Of a stretch of 64,000 bases of DNA, positions 47,207 through 57,155 are shown one piece after another. Where the stretch lies: positions 1,572-65,571 of the forward strand of contig NZ_JAKFDR010000057.1 in assembly GCF_036676035.1 (NCBI RefSeq), given 5' to 3'. The notes beneath the pieces were generated by a model that had not been told where the DNA came from, made no database searches, and was given only the letters and a program-made list of their open reading frames with translations. Source of the DNA: Polaromonas sp. (lineage in GTDB: Bacteria; Pseudomonadota; Gammaproteobacteria; Burkholderiales; Burkholderiaceae_C). A program made the position numbers and the translations under genes. The number at the start of each line of letters is the position of its first letter. Position 1 is the first letter of the stretch.

Positions 47207-48583
47207 ATGGAAGCCACCAACCCCGCCAACCTGGAAACCACCCCGGCCCCGCTGGATATGCGGCCACGCCGGGGCTTCAGCCTGTTCTGGCGCACGTTTT
47301 TCTTTCTGTCCCTGCTGCTGTTCGGCTCCATCGTGGCCTGGCTGCAGACCTTTCGCGCGCTGGAGTCCGAGCCCCGCGCCATCCAGAGCGCCCAGCAACT
47401 CGCCTCGCTGGTCAACCTGAGCCGTGCCGGGTTGCGCTACTCCGACGCGATTGCGCGCGTCTCGCTGATCAAGACGCTGGCAGACCAGGAAGGGGTGCGC
47501 ATCACGCCGCGCGAGCCCGGCGACACCTATGTGGATTTCGATACCGACCCGCTGAGCGGGCGCATCAGCGAGGAGCTCAACAAGCGCATGGGCAGCGGCA
47601 CCGTGGTGGCCAAATCCGTCAACGGCAGGGAAGGCCTGTGGATTGGATTCAAGATTGAAAACGATGCCTACTGGCTGCTGACCGACGCCTCACGCGTGGG
47701 CCCGTCCAAAAGCAGCACTTGGCTCATCTGGCTGAGCATCGCCGCCGCCCTGTCGCTGGCGGGCGCGGCCTTTATTGCCCGGCTGATCAACCAGCCGCTC
47801 AAGCAGCTGTCGTTTGCGGCCAGCCGCATGCGTGACGGCGATTTTGACGCCAGCCTGCTCGACGAGAAAGTCGCCACCAGCGAGATCCGCGAAGTCAACA
47901 TCGGCTTTAACCGCATGGCCGAGCAACTGTCCAAGATCGAGCAGGACCGGGTCATCATGCTGGCCGGCATCTCGCACGACTTGCGCACGCCTCTGGCGCG
48001 CCTGCGGCTGGAAACCGAAATGAGCGTGGCCGACGAAGACGCCCGGGCCCACATGGCGGCCGACATCACCCAGCTCGACGCCATCATCGACAAGTTTCTG
48101 GATTACGCACGGCCGGATCCGGCGCAGCTTGAGTCCGTGTCACTCAACGCGGTGATCGATGCCGCTGTGTACTCGGTCTCGGATTACGAGGACATGCGCG
48201 TGACCGTCAACATCCCGGACAGCATGGCGGTACTGGCCGACGAGGTGGAGCTGTCGCGCGTGATTGCCAACCTGCTTGAAAACGCACGCCGTTATGGCAA
48301 GACGCCGGAGACCGGTATTGCCCTGGTCGATATTGCGGCCAAAAGCCGCGACCAATGGGTGTTGATCAAGGTGCGCGACCACGGCATGGGGGTGGCGCCA
48401 GAGACCCTGAGCAAGCTGACACGCCCGTTTTTCAGGGGCGATGCCGCGCGCACCGCCGCCACGGGCGCCGGACTGGGCCTGGCCATTGTTGAAAAAACGA
48501 TTTTGCGCATGGGCGGCATTTTTGCGCTGGCCAACACCGCCTCGGGCGGGCTGGCCGCCCATATCAAGCTGCGTCGAAGCTGA
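47207..48583 (+). CDS. envZ: sensor histidine kinase EnvZ/RisS-like
   Basis: Two TM, HAMP, ISHDLRTPLARLRL, NLLENA, DHGMG, GLGLAIV. Confidence 0.88.
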   Translation: MEATNPANLETTPAPLDMRPRRGFSLFWRTFFFLSLLLFGSIVAWLQTFRALESEPRAIQSAQQLASLVNLSRAGLRYSDAIARVSLIKTLADQEGVRITPREPGDTYVDFDTDPLSGRISEELNKRMGSGTVVAKSVNGREGLWIGFKIENDAYWLLTDASRVGPSKSSTWLIWLSIAAALSLAGAAFIARLINQPLKQLSFAASRMRDGDFDASLLDEKVATSEIREVNIGFNRMAEQLSKIEQDRVIMLAGISHDLRTPLARLRLETEMSVADEDARAHMAADITQLDAIIDKFLDYARPDPAQLESVSLNAVIDAAVYSVSDYEDMRVTVNIPDSMAVLADEVELSRVIANLLENARRYGKTPETGIALVDIAAKSRDQWVLIKVRDHGMGVAPETLSKLTRPFFRGDAARTAATGAGLGLAIVEKTILRMGGIFALANTASGGLAAHIKLRRS

Positions 48584-48586
48584 AAA

Positions 48587-48752
48587 GCCCCCACACTTGT
48601 CACTGCGTGTACTGCGCTGCCCCCCGAGGGGGCTGAACTTGCTCGGGGCGGCCCTTCGCGGCGTTCGCTGGCCCCCACGTTCGCTCACAACGCGCGAGCT
48701 CTCTGCCCCCCCGAGGGGGCTAATTTTCCTAGGGGCGGCCCGGCGGAAAATT
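48587..48752. repeat. two tandem ~84-bp REP-like units
   Basis: Units start GCCCCCAC at 48587 and 48671; each has CTGCCCCCCGAGGGGGCT and GGGGCGGCCC. Confidence 0.8.
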
Positions 48753-48791
48753 GCACGCACGGCAAGGCGTTTTATTCAAAATATGTAGTCA

Positions 48792-48845
48792 AATCGGCCT
48801 CCAGTCCTTATTAAATGGGCGCAAGATGCTCCTAAAACAATAGCG
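48792..48845 (+). repeat. 54-bp repeat supplying the ispF stop
   Basis: aatcggcctccagtcc...gcgcaagatgctcctaaaacaatagcg; last ispF codons and TAG lie within it. Confidence 0.75.
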
Positions 48846-49323
48846 CCACGGCGCGCGCCTCGATGCTCAGCCCCTGCCCCACCGGGCCCAGCTTTTCGGC
48901 GGTCTTGGCCTTGACGTTCACGCGGTCCGCGTCCAGACCCAGCGTGTTTGCAATGCGCTGGCGCATGGCTGCGATATGCGGTGCCAGCTTGGGCGCCTGC
49001 GCAATCACCGTGCTGTCGATGTTGCCAATCTGCAAGCCCCGCTGCGCCAGCAGACGCCCGGTCTCGGCCAGCAGGGCCACGGAATCTGCGCCCTTGAAGC
49101 GCGCATCGGTGTCCGGAAAGTGCGAGCCAATGTCGCCCAGGCCCGCAGCGCCAAGCAGCGCATCGATGATGGCATGCAGCAGCACATCGGCGTCGGAGTG
49201 GCCCAGCAAGCCGACGGTGTGCGCTACCTCCACGCCACCGATGATGAGCTTGCGCCCCGGCACCAGTGCGTGGGTGTCCCAGCCTTCACCGATGCGAAAT
49301 GGAGGCCGATTAGCTGAAGTCAT
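48832..49323 (-). CDS. ispF: 2-C-methyl-D-erythritol 2,4-cyclodiphosphate synthase
   Basis: [31 protein letters not shown]. Confidence 0.97.
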   Translation of the reverse strand: MTSANRPPFRIGEGWDTHALVPGRKLIIGGVEVAHTVGLLGHSDADVLLHAIIDALLGAAGLGDIGSHFPDTDARFKGADSVALLAETGRLLAQRGLQIGNIDSTVIAQAPKLAPHIAAMRQRIANTLGLDADRVNVKAKTAEKLGPVGQGLSIEARAVALLF

Positions 49324-49368
49324 GAGGCAAAACTTTCGTGGAAGATTTCGTGGGAAGGATTGGCGGGC

Positions 49369-50148
49369 TCATTTTGCAAAGCGCTCAAAACTCCTGGCGG
49401 CCCGGCTCTGCAAAATGGCCTCCGCCAGGGCAAAGTCCTCGGGGTAAGTCACCTTGAAGTTCTGCGCACTGCCAGGCACCAGTTTGGGTGACAGCCCCAT
49501 GGCCTCGATGGCGCTGGATTCATCGGTGACGCCATCGCCGGCTTGTTCAAGCGCCGCGATCAGCGCACCGATGCGAAACATCTGCGGCGTCTGTGCCAGC
49601 CATTTGTCGCTGCGGTCAATGGTGGCGGCCACCCGGCCGCCCGCTTCGCTTTTCAGGGTGTCAGGCAGTTTCTGCGCCAGCAGGCCCCCCACTTCGTCGT
49701 GCTGGCAGGCTTCGATAAGGGCCAGAATTTGCGCAGGCGTGATCAGGCAACGCGCCGCATCGTGCACCAGCACCCAGTCGGTCAATGCGGCGCCATCGGG
49801 CCGGTGATTCACCATGGCCTTCAAGCCATTGAGCACGGTCGCTGCACGCGTGTTGCCGCCGCCCGCCAGCAGCATTTCGCCTTCTGCGTTGTAGTCGGGG
49901 AAAACGTTCAGAAAAACATCGTCCGCCGGCGCAATCACCACCCAGAGCGCCGCCAGCCTGTCTTTAACCGCCCGGAAAGCTTGCACCGTGTGCCTGACCA
50001 TGGGCTGGCCCAGCAGCGTCTGGTATTGCTTGGCCATGGGCGTTTGCGCACGGCTACCCTGCCCCGCACAGGGAATCAGGACAAAAAAACGGGGCGAGCT
50101 TGAGGGGAGATCCCCTGAAATCAGGGATTTGGCGCGGTCTGTCGTCAT
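49369..50148 (-). CDS. ispD: MEP cytidylyltransferase
   Basis: AGQGSR, KQY, VLVHDAARC, QTPQ, TDE, NFKVTYPED. Confidence 0.95.
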   Translation of the reverse strand: MTTDRAKSLISGDLPSSSPRFFVLIPCAGQGSRAQTPMAKQYQTLLGQPMVRHTVQAFRAVKDRLAALWVVIAPADDVFLNVFPDYNAEGEMLLAGGGNTRAATVLNGLKAMVNHRPDGAALTDWVLVHDAARCLITPAQILALIEACQHDEVGGLLAQKLPDTLKSEAGGRVAATIDRSDKWLAQTPQMFRIGALIAALEQAGDGVTDESSAIEAMGLSPKLVPGSAQNFKVTYPEDFALAEAILQSRAARSFERFAK

Positions 50149-50298
50149 GAGGTCATCATAGATTCTAAAATCAGGGTCTGGCTGCTTGACGCACCCCATA
50201 CACCCCATTCCGCCCGGTTTGGGGTGCTTGTCTTTTGCTTCTTGCCTTTCACTTGATTTTGCCGGCTGATTTTTGACTGCTTTACCGATCGCTGATTG

Positions 50299-53200
50299 AT
50301 GGACTTACCCAAACTCGTTCCCGGCAAGCGCTACACCCTGCCGCAGCCCGCGGGCTCTGCCGACGCCCTGCTGCTCGCCCACCTGGGCCTGCGGGAAAAA
50401 TCCGCCGGCAGGCTCACCGCCATCATCACGTCGGACGCCGCCACCGCCCAGCGTCTGATCGACGAGATTGCGTTTTTTGCGCCCGATCTGCGCTGCGCGC
50501 TGTTTCCCGACTGGGAAACCCTGCCCTACGACACCTTCTCGCCGCACCAGGACCTGATCAGCGAGCGGCTGGCCACCTTGTGGCGGATCTCGCAGCGCGA
50601 CAAGGAAACCGGCGCCGACCTCGTCATCGTGCCCGCGACCACCGCGCTGTACCGGCTGGCGCCCCCCAGTTTTCTGGCGGGCTACACCTTTCATTTCAAG
50701 GTCAAGCAAAAGCTCGACGAAGCGCGGCTCAAGGCCCAGCTCACGCTGGCCGGGTACAGCCACGTGACGCAGGTGGTGAGCCCCGGCGAATACGCCGTGC
50801 GCGGCGGCCTGATTGACCTGTTCCCCATGGGCTCGGCCGTGCCTTACCGCGTCGACCTGTTTGACGACGAGATCGACAGCATCCGCACCTTCGACCCCGA
50901 CAGCCAGCGCAGCCTGTACCCGGTGCCCGAAGTGCGCCTGCTGCCGGGCCGTGAATTCCCCATGGACGACGACGCGCGCGCCAAATTCCGCAACCGCTGG
51001 CGCGAACTGCTCGATGGCGATCCGACCAAGAGCCGCATCTACAAGGACATGGGCAACGGTGTGGCCACCGCCGGCATCGAGTACTACCTGCCGCTGTTTT
51101 TTGAAGACACCGCCACCGTGTTCGACTACCTGGGCAGCGATGCAACTGTCGTGTTGCACGGCGACCTGGAACCGGCTTTCCAGCGCTTCTGGCAAGACAC
51201 CAAAGACCGTTACCGGCTGGTTCGCAATGCGCCCGACCGGCCTGCCCTGCCGCCAGAATCGCTGTTTCTGGGCACCGAACAGTTTTACGCCCGCGCCAAC
51301 GACTACGCCCAGCTGGCGTTGAAAGCGGGGAGCCCTCTCCCTCTCCCAGGGGGAGAGGGGATTAAGGGGAATTTACTCCCTCTCCCCCTGGGAGAGGGCA
51401 GGGGTGAGGGCTCCCCGTACGTCGAATTCAACTCACTACCGCCAATGGCCGCCGTTCGTGGCGCCGAAGACCCTTTGGCCCGGCTCAAGGCGCACATCCA
51501 CAACACGCCACACCGCGTGCTGGTGCTGGCCGAAAGCGAGGGCCGGCGCGAAAGCCTGCTCGACTTTCTGCACGCCAGCAATGTCAGCCCGCCCGCGTTT
51601 GACTCGCTCGAAGACTTCCAGGTCAGCGACGAAAAACTGGGCATTGCCACAGCGGCCCTGGATGTGGGCTTTAGCTGGCTCGAAGCCGGCATCGACTTCG
51701 TCACCGAAACCGAGCTGTTTGCCGCCGGTGCCGTCACGCGCCGGCGCAACAAAAAACAGGAACAGGTCAGCGATGTCGAAGCGCTGATCAAGGATCTCTC
51801 GGAGCTCAATGTCGGTGACCCCGTGGTCCATAGCGCCCACGGCATTGGCCGCTACAGGGGCCTGATCAATATGGACCTGGGCCAGGAAAAAAACCCCGAC
51901 GGCACGCCCGCGCTTCAGGAATTTTTGCACCTTGAATACGCCGACAAGGCCACGCTGTATGTGCCCGTCAGCCAGTTGCATCTGATCAGCCGCTACACCG
52001 GCGTCAGCGCCGAAGAAGCGCCACTGCACCGGCTGGGCAGCGGCCAGTGGGAAAAGGCCAAGCGCAAGGCCGCCGAGCAGGTGCGCGATTCGGCCGCCGA
52101 GCTGCTCAACATCTATGCCCGCCGCGCGGCACGCGAGGGCCATGCTTTCCGCTATTCACCCCACGACTACGAAGCTTTCGCCAACGATTTCGGCTTTGAG
52201 GAAACCGCCGACCAGCGCGCCGCCATTCATGCCGTGATTCAGGACATGATCAGCCCGCGCCCCATGGACCGGCTGGTCTGCGGCGACGTGGGCTTTGGCA
52301 AAACCGAAGTCGCCCTGCGCGCCGCCTTCATCGCGATTACCGGTGGCAAACAGGTCGCCTTGCTGGCGCCCACCACGCTGCTGGCCGAGCAGCACTACCA
52401 GACGCTGGTCGACCGCTTTGCCAAATGGCCGGTGAAAGTGGCCGAGATGAGCCGCTTCCGCTCGACCAGGGAAATCACCACCGCCATCAAGGGCCTGGCC
52501 GATGGCAGCGTGGACATTGTGGTGGGCACGCACAAGCTGCTGAGCCAGGACGTGAAGTTCCAGCGCCTGGGCCTGCTCATCATCGATGAAGAGCATCGCT
52601 TTGGCGTGCGTCACAAGGAAACCATGAAGGCCATGCGCGCCGAGGTGGACGTGCTCACGCTGACGGCCACGCCGATTCCGCGCACGCTGGGCATGGCGCT
52701 GGAAGGCCTGCGCGACCTCAGCGTGATTGCCACCGCGCCGCAGCGGCGCCTGGCCATCAAGACCTTTGTGCGCAGTGAAAACAACGGCGTCATCCGTGAG
52801 GCCGTGCTGCGCGAACTCAAGCGTGGCGGCCAGGTGTACTTCCTGCACAACGAGGTGGACACCATCGAGAACCGCCGCCAGAAGCTCGAGGAAATCCTGC
52901 CCGAGGCGCGCATTACCGTGGCCCATGGTCAGATGCCCGAGCGCGAGCTGGAGCGGGTGATGAAAGACTTCGTGGCGCAGCGCTACAACCTGTTGCTGTG
53001 CTCCACCATCATTGAAACCGGCATTGACGTGCCGACGGCCAACACCATTGTGATGAGCCGTGCCGACAAGTTTGGCCTGGCCCAGCTGCACCAGCTGCGC
53101 GGCCGGGTCGGACGCTCGCACCACCAGGCCTATGCCTACTTGATGGTGCCCGACATCGAGGGCCTGACCAAACAGGCCAGCCAGCGGCTCGAAGCCATCC

Positions 53201-53859
53201 AGCAGATGGAAGAGCTTGGTTCGGGCTTTTACCTCGCCATGCATGACCTGGAGATTCGCGGCACGGGCGAGGTGTTGGGCGAAAACCAGTCCGGCAACAT
53301 GCTCGAAGTGGGGTTTCAGCTCTACAACGAAATGCTCTCGGAGGCCGTGCGCAGCCTCAAAGCCGGCAAGGAGCCTGACCTGCTGGCGCCGCTGTCGGTC
53401 ACCACCGAGATCAACCTGCATGCCCCGGCCCTGCTGCCGTCCGACTACTGCGGCGATGTGCACCTGCGCCTGAGTTTTTACAAAAAACTGGCCACAGCCA
53501 AGAACACCGATCAGATCGATGCGCTGCTGGAAGAAATCGTCGACCGCTTCGGCAAGCTGCCCGCGCAGGCACAAACGCTGGTCGACGTGCACCGCCTGCG
53601 CGTGATTGCCAAGCCTTACGGCGTGCTCAAGGTCGATGCGGCGCCGGGCATGATCAACATCACCTTCAAGAAAGACCCGCCCATCGATTCGATGGCCATC
53701 ATGCAGCTGATCCAGAAAAACCGGCACATCAAGCTGGCCGGCAATGACAAGCTGCGCATTGAGCGCGAGCTGGAAAACCCCAAGGACCGCGCGCAGTTGG
53801 TGCGCGATGTGCTGCGCAGTCTGGGGCAACCCAAACCCGTGACATATGCCGAGGCATAG
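50299..53859 (+). CDS. mfd: transcription-repair coupling factor
   Basis: ETLPYD, GDVGFGKTEV, IDEEHRFG, TATPIPRTL, QLRGRVGR, DLEIRG; carries a 30-aa insertion. Confidence 0.98.
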   Translation: MDLPKLVPGKRYTLPQPAGSADALLLAHLGLREKSAGRLTAIITSDAATAQRLIDEIAFFAPDLRCALFPDWETLPYDTFSPHQDLISERLATLWRISQRDKETGADLVIVPATTALYRLAPPSFLAGYTFHFKVKQKLDEARLKAQLTLAGYSHVTQVVSPGEYAVRGGLIDLFPMGSAVPYRVDLFDDEIDSIRTFDPDSQRSLYPVPEVRLLPGREFPMDDDARAKFRNRWRELLDGDPTKSRIYKDMGNGVATAGIEYYLPLFFEDTATVFDYLGSDATVVLHGDLEPAFQRFWQDTKDRYRLVRNAPDRPALPPESLFLGTEQFYARANDYAQLALKAGSPLPLPGGEGIKGNLLPLPLGEGRGEGSPYVEFNSLPPMAAVRGAEDPLARLKAHIHNTPHRVLVLAESEGRRESLLDFLHASNVSPPAFDSLEDFQVSDEKLGIATAALDVGFSWLEAGIDFVTETELFAAGAVTRRRNKKQEQVSDVEALIKDLSELNVGDPVVHSAHGIGRYRGLINMDLGQEKNPDGTPALQEFLHLEYADKATLYVPVSQLHLISRYTGVSAEEAPLHRLGSGQWEKAKRKAAEQVRDSAAELLNIYARRAAREGHAFRYSPHDYEAFANDFGFEETADQRAAIHAVIQDMISPRPMDRLVCGDVGFGKTEVALRAAFIAITGGKQVALLAPTTLLAEQHYQTLVDRFAKWPVKVAEMSRFRSTREITTAIKGLADGSVDIVVGTHKLLSQDVKFQRLGLLIIDEEHRFGVRHKETMKAMRAEVDVLTLTATPIPRTLGMALEGLRDLSVIATAPQRRLAIKTFVRSENNGVIREAVLRELKRGGQVYFLHNEVDTIENRRQKLEEILPEARITVAHGQMPERELERVMKDFVAQRYNLLLCSTIIETGIDVPTANTIVMSRADKFGLAQLHQLRGRVGRSHHQAYAYLMVPDIEGLTKQASQRLEAIQQMEELGSGFYLAMHDLEIRGTGEVLGENQSGNMLEVGFQLYNEMLSEAVRSLKAGKEPDLLAPLSVTTEINLHAPALLPSDYCGDVHLRLSFYKKLATAKNTDQIDALLEEIVDRFGKLPAQAQTLVDVHRLRVIAKPYGVLKVDAAPGMINITFKKDPPIDSMAIMQLIQKNRHIKLAGNDKLRIERELENPKDRAQLVRDVLRSLGQPKPVTYAEA
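51327..51416. repeat. 90-bp palindromic element inserted in frame in mfd
   Basis: 11-bp terminal IR GGGGAGCCCTC / GAGGGCTCCCC enclosing two CTCTCCC-N3-GGGAGAG hairpins. Confidence 0.85.
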
Positions 53860-53876
53860 GCTAAACTAAAGCCTAT
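53845..53876 (+). promoter_or_regulatory. candidate VapBC operator palindromes overlapping the mfd stop
   Basis: TATGCC-GA-GGCATA (53845-58) and ATAGGCT-N7-AGCCTAT (53856-76). Confidence 0.45.
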
Positions 53877-53897
53877 CCGCACTCATGGGAGAAGATC

Positions 53898-54206
53898 ATG
53901 CATCACGTCGCTGAAAAAACTGCTGAATACCCAGTGGAGGCCCCAGCGCGTCATGTGCGCCTGTTTCGCAACGGGGCCAACCAGGCCGTGCGTATTCCCA
54001 AAGAGTTCGAATTGCCCGGTAAAGAGGCGATCATGCACCGCGAAGGCGACCGGCTCATTATTGAAGCCGTCACAGTCAAACCCGCCAAAGGCACGCTGGC
54101 TGCGCTGGTTGCGGCGCTGGAGGCCATGCAACATCTGGAGCCGGTGCTTGAACCGTTTCCCGACGTCGATGAAGGCATGTTGCCCCTGGATGACATCAAT
54201 TTATGA
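53898..54206 (+). CDS. vapB: AbrB/MazE-type antitoxin VapB
   Basis: LFRNGANQAVRIPKEF, REGDRLII; ATGA overlap with a PIN toxin. Confidence 0.9.
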   Translation: MHHVAEKTAEYPVEAPARHVRLFRNGANQAVRIPKEFELPGKEAIMHREGDRLIIEAVTVKPAKGTLAALVAALEAMQHLEPVLEPFPDVDEGMLPLDDINL

Positions 54207-54646
54207 CCGGCTCAATCCTGACGCCACTCCTGCTCGACACCAACATCATCTCCGACATGATGCGCGACCTGCAAGGCCCAGCGGCAAGGCGTGCCATGGC
54301 AGCCGACCCATCAAGCGCGAGCCGACCGTTGTACACCAGTGCGGTGGTTCAGTGCGAGCTGGAGTACGGCCTTGCACGGCGCAAGAACGCTCGCCTGGAG
54401 GTGGCTTACCAGGGCGTCATGGCCACGGTTGAGGTGCTGCCAATCACCAGCGACGTCGCCGAGCACTACGCCCGTCTGCGCACCCAATTGGAAGCCCTTG
54501 GCCAGCCTATCGGCCCCAACGACGCACTGATTGCCGCCCATGCGTTGGCCCTGGATGCCACCCTGGTCAGCGCCGATGCCGAATTCCGTCGTGTACCAGG
54601 GCTGCGGGTTGAAAACTGGCTGGAACCAGAAAATACAGCCAAATAG
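54203..54646 (+). CDS. vapC: PIN-domain toxin VapC
   Basis: LLDTNIIS, ELEYG, IGPNDALIAAHA, LVSAD..EF.RVPGL.VENW. Confidence 0.92.
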   Translation: MTGSILTPLLLDTNIISDMMRDLQGPAARRAMAADPSSASRPLYTSAVVQCELEYGLARRKNARLEVAYQGVMATVEVLPITSDVAEHYARLRTQLEALGQPIGPNDALIAAHALALDATLVSADAEFRRVPGLRVENWLEPENTAK

Positions 54647-54695
54647 GCTTGCAGCCCATTCGTTTATTGCGCTACCAGCTATCAAAATAATAGTA
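54642..54695 (+). repeat. 54-bp repeat supplying the vapC stop
   Basis: aaTAGgcttgcagcccat...gcgctaccagctatcaaaataatagta. Confidence 0.8.
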
Positions 54696-54703
54696 CCCAC
54701 CCC

Positions 54704-55417
54704 ATGACTCCCACAGAAATCTCCCCCGGCCTCGTCGTCAACGTGGCAATGCCTTCATCTTTAAAGCTCAGCGACTTCAAGCTGATCGCCTTCGACATGG
54801 ATTCCACGCTCATCAACATCGAATGCGTGGACGAAATCGCCGATGCAGCCGGCCGCAAGGCCGAGGTTGCGGCGATCACCGAAGCCGCGATGCGCGGCGA
54901 AATCACCGACTACAAAGACAGCCTGCGCCAGCGCGTGGCCCTGCTCAAGGGCGTGACTGTGGCCAGCATGGACGAGGTCTATCGCCTGCGCCTCAAACTC
55001 AACCCCGGTGCGGCGGAACTGGTGCAGGCCTGCAAGGCAGCCGGCCTGAAGGTGCTGCTGGTCAGTGGCGGCTTTACGTTTTTTACCGACCGCATTCGTG
55101 ACGAGTTGGGCATTGACTACACCCGCTCCAACGTGCTTGAAACCGAGAACGGCCTGCTCACGGGCCGCATGGTGGACCAGCCCTGGGGAGACATCTGCGA
55201 CGGCGCGGAAAAACGCAAGATGTTGCTGGAGACCTGCGGCCAGCTCGGCATCGACCCGAAGCAAGCCATTGCCATGGGCGACGGCGCCAACGACCTGCCC
55301 ATGATGGCCGCGGCCGGCCTCTCGGTGGCCTACCACGCCAAGCCCAGGGTGCGCGAGCAGGCCATGGTGGCCATCAATGATGGTGGGCTGGACCGCTTGC
55401 TGGAAATAATCGCTTAA
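54704..55417 (+). CDS. serB: phosphoserine phosphatase
   Basis: FDMDSTLINIECVDEIA, VSGGF, GDGANDLPM, AYHAKP. Confidence 0.95.
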   Translation: MTPTEISPGLVVNVAMPSSLKLSDFKLIAFDMDSTLINIECVDEIADAAGRKAEVAAITEAAMRGEITDYKDSLRQRVALLKGVTVASMDEVYRLRLKLNPGAAELVQACKAAGLKVLLVSGGFTFFTDRIRDELGIDYTRSNVLETENGLLTGRMVDQPWGDICDGAEKRKMLLETCGQLGIDPKQAIAMGDGANDLPMMAAAGLSVAYHAKPRVREQAMVAINDGGLDRLLEIIA

Positions 55418-55446
55418 AGCATGCCCCTGTTCATCAGTACCCCGGA

Positions 55447-57039
55447 TCAGGCCTTTTCAATTACCGGACGCCCGGCCTGTACAGAAAACTGCGCCAGGGT
55501 TTCAATGCTGCTGTCCTGACGGGTGACGTCACTCACGACACGCAAGGTGGTCGTCAGTTGCCGGGGCGTGAACTCCACCACGCCATAGCCCCGGCGCTCC
55601 GAATCGGCAAACACAAAGTGCGGATTCTCGGCCAGGTACTCGGGAATTTTGGCGTTGCCGGCCGAGCGCGAGGTGATGCTGGTGCCGCAAAACTCCACCC
55701 CGATGGCAGGACTGGCGGCATCGGCATAGTCCGCCTTGACATGGCCCACCCAGTTCTCATGCACGTCGCCCCCCAGCAGCACCGGGTTGCTGGCGGCGTT
55801 TTTGCGCAAGGCATCCAGCAGGCGCGTCCGCGCTGCCGCGTAGCCGTCCCAGCCGTCATTCCATAGGCGCTGTCCCGGCCCCGGATGAAGATCGCGCTGC
55901 CCGAACAGCGAGGTCTGGCCCAGCACGTTCCAGCCGGTTTGCCTGCTGCCAGCCCTGCCCAGCTCGGCATCGAGCCAGCGCTCCTGCGGCAGGCCCAGCA
56001 TGCTGCGTGCCGGGTCGTTCCATGACAGGCAGGTGGCCGGTTTCAGCGTGCCCGATCGCCCCTTGCCTTGTGGGGTGCAGACCTGCGCATCCTTGTACTG
56101 CCGTGCATCCAGCATGTACAGCGATGCCAGCCGCCCATAGTGCAGACGGTTGTGGATGCGCATCTCGGAGCCGCTTGCCAAACCCGCCACAGCGCGGGTG
56201 AGCACCGACGCGCGAACCGGCATGTGTTCATAAAAGGCCTGGTAGGCCGCAGCACGCCTGGCCGCAAAGCTTGCCACCGCCGGGCCGTTGTCGCCTTCTG
56301 TCAAGCCCGCGTAATCGTTTTGCACCTCGTGATCGTCCCAGGTGAGCAGCCAGGGGCAGGCCGCATGCATGGCCTGCAGGTCAGCGTCCCCCTTGTGCAG
56401 GGCATAACGCTGACGGTAGTCGTCCAGCGTCAGCACCCAGCCGCCCGTCGGCACACGGACCGCGTTGCCGGCATTGGGGTATTCATAGATGTAGTCCCCC
56501 AAGAACAGCACGAGGTCGAGGTTTTCATCGCGCATGTGCCGGTAGGCGCTGTAGTAGCCGTGCTCCCAGCGCTGGCACGACGCATAGGCCAGCCGCAGTC
56601 GTGCCACCGCGGCATCGGGCGCCGGGAAGGTGCGCGTGCGGCCGGTGCTGCTTACGGCATCGCCTGTGGCAAAGCGGTAAAAGTACCAGCGATCCGCCTC
56701 CAGCCCCTGCACCTCCACATGCACGGAATGCGCGAGCCCGGCCTGCGCCTGGGATTGGCCGGTTTGGACCAGGTGGAAAAATTTCTCGTCATGCGCCACC
56801 TCCCAGCGCACGGTGACGGGCCCCTGCTGCAGACCTGAAGCCTGGTCCTTCCCAAAAACCAGCCGCGTCCATAACACCACCGAGTCATGGGTGGGGGAGC
56901 CGCTGGCAACCCCCAACCGGAAGGGATTGGCATCCAGGCGCGGCTGGGCCCATGCGTTGCGTGGCAGCCACAAGCCGGCGGCGCTGGCAGCAGCCCACTG
57001 CAGCAGCTGGCGGCGGTCGGTCAACAAAGAGGTGTTCAC
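55447..57039 (-). CDS. phoD: alkaline phosphatase D (Tat-exported)
   Basis: DRRQLL, GVASG, GDYIYE, WDDHEV.ND, LDARQY, WDGY, GDVH; GTG start assumed. Confidence 0.92.
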   Translation of the reverse strand: MNTSLLTDRRQLLQWAAASAAGLWLPRNAWAQPRLDANPFRLGVASGSPTHDSVVLWTRLVFGKDQASGLQQGPVTVRWEVAHDEKFFHLVQTGQSQAQAGLAHSVHVEVQGLEADRWYFYRFATGDAVSSTGRTRTFPAPDAAVARLRLAYASCQRWEHGYYSAYRHMRDENLDLVLFLGDYIYEYPNAGNAVRVPTGGWVLTLDDYRQRYALHKGDADLQAMHAACPWLLTWDDHEVQNDYAGLTEGDNGPAVASFAARRAAAYQAFYEHMPVRASVLTRAVAGLASGSEMRIHNRLHYGRLASLYMLDARQYKDAQVCTPQGKGRSGTLKPATCLSWNDPARSMLGLPQERWLDAELGRAGSRQTGWNVLGQTSLFGQRDLHPGPGQRLWNDGWDGYAAARTRLLDALRKNAASNPVLLGGDVHENWVGHVKADYADAASPAIGVEFCGTSITSRSAGNAKIPEYLAENPHFVFADSERRGYGVVEFTPRQLTTTLRVVSDVTRQDSSIETLAQFSVQAGRPVIEKA

Positions 57040-57155
57040 GGAGTTCTCCCCGGCGAGTACGCTGAAAAGATCATGAGCTGGGCGTTTTCGTTTCGGGCCA
57101 TTATCCATGCCGCATGGCGCTGGCTCCCAGCCTTCTTGCGCACAGAGCTGGCAAA

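Noticed and set aside
52156-53829. 557-aa minus-strand ORF
   Set aside because: Antisense shadow of mfd.
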